Below are positions 59,768-64,000 of a DNA stretch of 64,000 nucleotides, one piece after another. The translations under genes and the position numbers were made by a program. Source of the DNA: a virus (taxonomy: Duplodnaviria; Caudoviricetes). The stretch spans positions 32,001-96,000 of IMG/VR virus record IMGVR_UViG_2724679462_000002; one strand, 5' to 3'. The stretch's first letter is position 1. Every line of letters starts with the position of its first letter. The notes beneath the pieces were generated by a model. That model did not search any database and was not told where the DNA came from. It worked only from the letters and a program-made list of their open reading frames with translations.

Positions 59768-62380
59768 ATGTTTGATTACCTCGTCGATAACGCACTGAAA
59801 AATATCTGGTGCGCGCCGGCGCAAGACCGGCAGGACATCTTCCAGCTGGCGAGATTGACGCCCGATGGTGGTGCGATGAACACGGTTCAGGTCGGCTGGA
59901 GACAGTACGATCTCCCTTCCAAGGGCGTGTACTTCCACGTGTACCAGATCGGTCAGATCAGCCCGCACATGGTCGGGCTGCTTTCTTCGGCGACGTCATG
60001 GACCACGTTCTCGACGGCCATGAACGCGAACAATCTGATCGCGGATCTATACACGAACGAGGGCTTGCAGATGCCTCGGTTCCAGTCGTACTTCATGGTC
60101 ACGAAGAATAAGAACCTCATCGTGGCAGTCCAGTTCGAATCGCCCATCGCGGTCAACCTGGACACGGACGCACTTTTTCTCCGTCTGTACAGCAACGCGT
60201 TCTTTCAAAGTCCGCGTGCAACGCTCGGTGCGACCAAGAACTACATCGAGACGGCGGGTGTCGTGCCTGCCTTCAAGAGCGACATCCTGAACATTCAGAA
60301 CAAGATTGCGGCGCTCGCGACGAAACCCGGCGCAGTGTATGCGTTCATCAACGGCTACAAGGTCGATCAGGTGAACGTGCTGACCGCCCAGATCGGGGAT
60401 GTTATCGAGTACCTCTACGACAGCTCGGTCTACAAGGTCGTCGACTTTCCGTTTCTGAATCTGCCCACGTTCAGCAGCACCCTCGATAGCAAGTTCAAGT
60501 ATCTGCTGCACTACAACGGCACGAGCGACAACACGATCGACTTCCAGGACGACGTGGACGTGTGGATCTATTACACGTTCCCGAGCGGCTTCACCAAGGG
60601 TCTCTACTACCATCACAACCGTCCGGACGCCCTGCGTAACGTCACGCATCGCGACTACTCGATGCCGACCGCGTATGTGGCCGGGTTCGTGGCAGATCAG
60701 GATGATTGGGTAGCGGCGGCCAAGGTCACGATCCGTCTGCACATCCGTCAAGCGGGGTTCGCGCGACCGCTCGCCTACGAAAGCAATCGCATCATGGAGC
60801 TTTACAAGCTTCCGGACGCGGGCATCGTAAGCGCCATGGCTGGCGCCAACTCGACGCTCGAAAATTGGCAGGCCGCCACGCTCGAAGCATCGTCGTATGC
60901 GCAGGTGATGGGCGCACAGCCGGCGACGAAGGTCACGCGACAACTGGTCGAAGACGCGTATGGCTATAACGCGACCAGTCAGCTCGTCGGAAACAGCCCG
61001 CTCATTCCGACCAAGCAATCCGGTCAGTTGATCGTCACGCTGCCCTACAACCTGCAAAGTAACTCATCCGCGTGGGAATACGACAGCGAAGGCACGCTGC
61101 TCGGTTTCTATAACCATGCGAGCGGTGGCGTCTACACCTGTCAGAACAGCACCTGCGCCCTTGTCGAGATGTACGCCGGTACGGCAGGCCAGCAGTTGGA
61201 CGACACGTACGGGATGACGACGCAGACGCTCAACCCTGCGCTCGACTACCGCATGTACACGTGCCCGGTCGATCAGATCACCGGCAAGCCGACCTATGCC
61301 TGGGAAGACGTGACGGGCAGCAGCCAGTACTCGATCGTGGGCACGACGCTCACATGGGCGATCGATCCAACGAAGGTCTACACCTGCGTGCGAAGCAACA
61401 AGGTGATGCTCGCCTACACGCTCTACATCCAGCCGCAGGAAGGCTACCTGCCGATTCAGATCCAGCAGGAAGGCATTCGGAACTATGTGTTGCAGCTCTT
61501 CGCGATGCAGATTCCCATGGGGCAACTCGATGTGTTCGTGAATGGCCGGACGATGATCGACGAGCTCGACTTCGTGATGCAGTTTCCGACGATCATGATC
61601 AACAACGTGACGGCGCTCGACTTCCCGCAAGACAAACAGCAGCAGATCACGATTCGTTGGAGCGGATTCTGCAATCGCGATCTGACGCCGCGCAGCTATC
61701 GTGAAACGGGCTGGGTGCAGTACGGTCTGCTCTCGAACAACAACCGCTACAACATCCGGGACGACGACGTTACCCGGATCGTCATGGGCGGGGGTGTCTA
61801 TCCGAAGTCCGCACTCAAGTTCGCGGAGAGCTCGGCGGATGTGCTGGGACCGCAATCCATCAACGGACAGCCTTACCAGATTCAGAAGGTGGTGGTGCCA
61901 ATGTTGGGCGTGACCACCGAGGACACGTACGTGTATCTCGAGAAGGCAATGGCGATCGACAAGGCCGTCGAAGATTACATGACCTTGTACTACCCGCTGC
62001 CCCAAGCGAGTGGTCCCGACACGATCACGGAGTTGTATCCGGTCTTCAGTCCGTTCTCCTGCAAGATCATCTACGACCTTGTGCTCGGCATCATCGACGA
62101 AGCACCGTTCAGGCAGTTTTACAACGACGCGTATGTGAAGCAGGTGTGCGCGCCGTACGAGTACTTGCTGGCGTACGACCCGACGCAAACGGCGAACCGC
62201 CCAGACCCGAACTTCGTCACGATCCGCCCGCACAACCTGACGGTCACGATCTCGCTCGACCTGTACGCCTACAACTTCCTGAATCACGTTATCCGCATCT
62301 ACCTGAACGGTCTGGTGCAGTTGAACAACTTCGTCTCGATCGCCAGCATCAGCAGCGCCAGCGCGATCAGCAGCAGCTAA
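59768..62380 (+). CDS. Virion/baseplate structural protein (phiKZ gp27-like by synteny, 870 aa)
   Basis: NIWCAPAQDRQ, HVYQIGQ, VTHRDYS, FVNGR motifs. Confidence 0.75.
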   Translation: MFDYLVDNALKNIWCAPAQDRQDIFQLARLTPDGGAMNTVQVGWRQYDLPSKGVYFHVYQIGQISPHMVGLLSSATSWTTFSTAMNANNLIADLYTNEGLQMPRFQSYFMVTKNKNLIVAVQFESPIAVNLDTDALFLRLYSNAFFQSPRATLGATKNYIETAGVVPAFKSDILNIQNKIAALATKPGAVYAFINGYKVDQVNVLTAQIGDVIEYLYDSSVYKVVDFPFLNLPTFSSTLDSKFKYLLHYNGTSDNTIDFQDDVDVWIYYTFPSGFTKGLYYHHNRPDALRNVTHRDYSMPTAYVAGFVADQDDWVAAAKVTIRLHIRQAGFARPLAYESNRIMELYKLPDAGIVSAMAGANSTLENWQAATLEASSYAQVMGAQPATKVTRQLVEDAYGYNATSQLVGNSPLIPTKQSGQLIVTLPYNLQSNSSAWEYDSEGTLLGFYNHASGGVYTCQNSTCALVEMYAGTAGQQLDDTYGMTTQTLNPALDYRMYTCPVDQITGKPTYAWEDVTGSSQYSIVGTTLTWAIDPTKVYTCVRSNKVMLAYTLYIQPQEGYLPIQIQQEGIRNYVLQLFAMQIPMGQLDVFVNGRTMIDELDFVMQFPTIMINNVTALDFPQDKQQQITIRWSGFCNRDLTPRSYRETGWVQYGLLSNNNRYNIRDDDVTRIVMGGGVYPKSALKFAESSADVLGPQSINGQPYQIQKVVVPMLGVTTEDTYVYLEKAMAIDKAVEDYMTLYYPLPQASGPDTITELYPVFSPFSCKIIYDLVLGIIDEAPFRQFYNDAYVKQVCAPYEYLLAYDPTQTANRPDPNFVTIRPHNLTVTISLDLYAYNFLNHVIRIYLNGLVQLNNFVSIASISSASAISSS

Positions 62381-62404
62381 TTCTTTCCCTCTTTGGAGTC
62401 GTCA

Positions 62405-64000
62405 ATGGCTGACGCAGTCAATCTGCCGACCGGCACCGACGGGGGCGTCCCGATCTACAACCCAAATGGGCTGTGGCAGATCTGGGCGCTTCAGTCCGTC
62501 TTTCAGGGCCAGTCCGGCAGTAACATGTACATCCCGAAGGTCAACGACTACGTCTGCGACTACACCACGAACGACTGGTATCGGGTGGCGGTGGTCGATC
62601 CGGTGACCTACATCCCGACCCTGGTCGCGCTCACCACGGCGCCCAATGCCGTGATGACCTCCGGCGATCTGCTTCAGGGTGTGGGGCCGGGCACACAGGC
62701 CGATACTTACCGCGTCTATCTGGATACGAGCGTGATCCCGTACTCGCTCGCGGTCGACGCGCGTCTGTGGTTCCCGGGCGACGAAGCAGCGTTTGTGAAG
62801 ATCTTCACAGGCGCGGACTTCTCGAACAACAACAACTGCATCTCGGCGAATTACGATCAGTCCGGCAAGTTGCTCAATCAGGCGATTCCGACCACGCCGA
62901 AGACCGTCACGTTCCCGGACGGCTCGTCTGGCACGGTGATGACGGTCCCTGTCTGCTACACCAACGTGCAAGTCGCTGATGGCACGCCGGTGACGGCCGT
63001 GGCGTACTCGAGCTCGGGCATGGTCGTCTCGAAGCGACAGCTGCTGGTCGAAAACACCTCGTTCATCCGTCTGGCGGATACGGGCGTGAAGTATGTGACG
63101 GGCATCCAGCTGCTCTCGCCGTTCCTCTCGACGTCTGATCCGACGCTCATCCAGTTCCCGGTCAACGTGCTGCTCTCGGGCCTGAACCTCATGGGTGTGG
63201 TGCAGTACAGCGACGGCTCGTCGGCAACGCTGCCGGTGGATGGCACGAAGTTCCAGATCTTCGGTTTCGACAGCTTCGTTTCGACGGTCGTGGGCGAGAA
63301 GTTCGACCTGGTGCTCAAGTACAACCTGTCTTCGGACGAGGCGGTCTATGGCGCGAACTCGGTCAACAACGCCAAGTTCATCACGTCCAAGTACAGCGCT
63401 GTCACGATCAACGAAGACGGCGACTACACGCTGAAGCTCTTCGCGTTCCCGGTGTGGATCGACGCGGTGAGCGGCTACCGCCTGCAGTGGTACCTGTACG
63501 AACTCGATCGCAGCAACTGGTGGAATGTCACGAGTCTGGTTACCTTCTCGCCGGCCTCGCCCGCATTCCAACCGCTGGGCTACGGTATCCAGCAGAACAT
63601 CGAAGGTCAGGTTCAGCTGAACAAGGTCGATCCGGGCTTCACGAACTACCTGTTCACGGCGACCGTAGCGATCACGCTTCTGGCACCGGGCACACAGTCG
63701 TCGCCGTGGGAAGTCCAGTTCGAGCCGGGTCAGCAACCGCCGTTCGGTCCGGGCAACTTCGCCGCGACCACGATGTTGGCGGCGAACAACTACACCCTCA
63801 ACCTGACCAGCGGTTACGCGTCCCAGGCGGATTGGCTGCAAGCGTTTTACTACAACGCGCTGCCATTGACCGATCTCGCCCAGGAAGCAAGCGTGCCGGT
63901 GCCGACGCACTTTGCGATTCAGATGCCCGACGGCAGCTCGCCGATCGTCTGTCTGCTCTCGCAGTGGAACTCGACGCAGACCTCCACGACGCCGATCGCC
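62405..64000 (+). CDS. Virion/baseplate structural protein (phiKZ gp26-like by synteny), runs off the window
   Basis: ATG 62405 with GGAG RBS: MADAVNLPTGTDGGVPIYNPNG...YIPKVND; no stop noticed before the end; missing from the supplied ORF track. Confidence 0.75.
   Translation, partial: MADAVNLPTGTDGGVPIYNPNGLWQIWALQSVFQGQSGSNMYIPKVNDYVCDYTTNDWYRVAVVDPVTYIPTLVALTTAPNAVMTSGDLLQGVGPGTQADTYRVYLDTSVIPYSLAVDARLWFPGDEAAFVKIFTGADFSNNNNCISANYDQSGKLLNQAIPTTPKTVTFPDGSSGTVMTVPVCYTNVQVADGTPVTAVAYSSSGMVVSKRQLLVENTSFIRLADTGVKYVTGIQLLSPFLSTSDPTLIQFPVNVLLSGLNLMGVVQYSDGSSATLPVDGTKFQIFGFDSFVSTVVGEKFDLVLKYNLSSDEAVYGANSVNNAKFITSKYSAVTINEDGDYTLKLFAFPVWIDAVSGYRLQWYLYELDRSNWWNVTSLVTFSPASPAFQPLGYGIQQNIEGQVQLNKVDPGFTNYLFTATVAITLLAPGTQSSPWEVQFEPGQQPPFGPGNFAATTMLAANNYTLNLTSGYASQADWLQAFYYNALPLTDLAQEASVPVPTHFAIQMPDGSSPIVCLLSQWNSTQTSTTPIA

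Overview
A 64 kb slice of a GC-rich phiKZ-like jumbo phage genome (nucleus-forming family inferred from gene content). It holds the structural and replication core: four paralogous tail-fibre genes, SbcC, a central spike, RNase H, UvsX, three virion RNA polymerase subunits, a 2375-aa tail protein with a GH19 domain, prohead protease, tail tube, tail sheath and baseplate-type genes. Family assignments come from motif recognition and recalled gene order, not database searches. Highlights: (1) three divergent fibre paralogues share an in-register six-repeat ladder, and only one continues into a tip domain plus a self-cleaving Hint domain, suggesting a heterotrimeric, autoprocessed fibre; (2) an ORF-less 388-nt group I intron splits the large vRNAP beta gene; (3) three GIY-YIG endonucleases sit at the 5' ends of conserved genes, two fused in frame; (4) nine GGCATAA...TTATGCC hairpins lie at gene ends; (5) an unannotated zinc-ribbon micro-ORF has an in-frame TGA followed by a SECIS-like hairpin; (6) a spanin-like pair has a frameshifted lipoprotein. 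No tRNA, rRNA or CRISPR array was seen.
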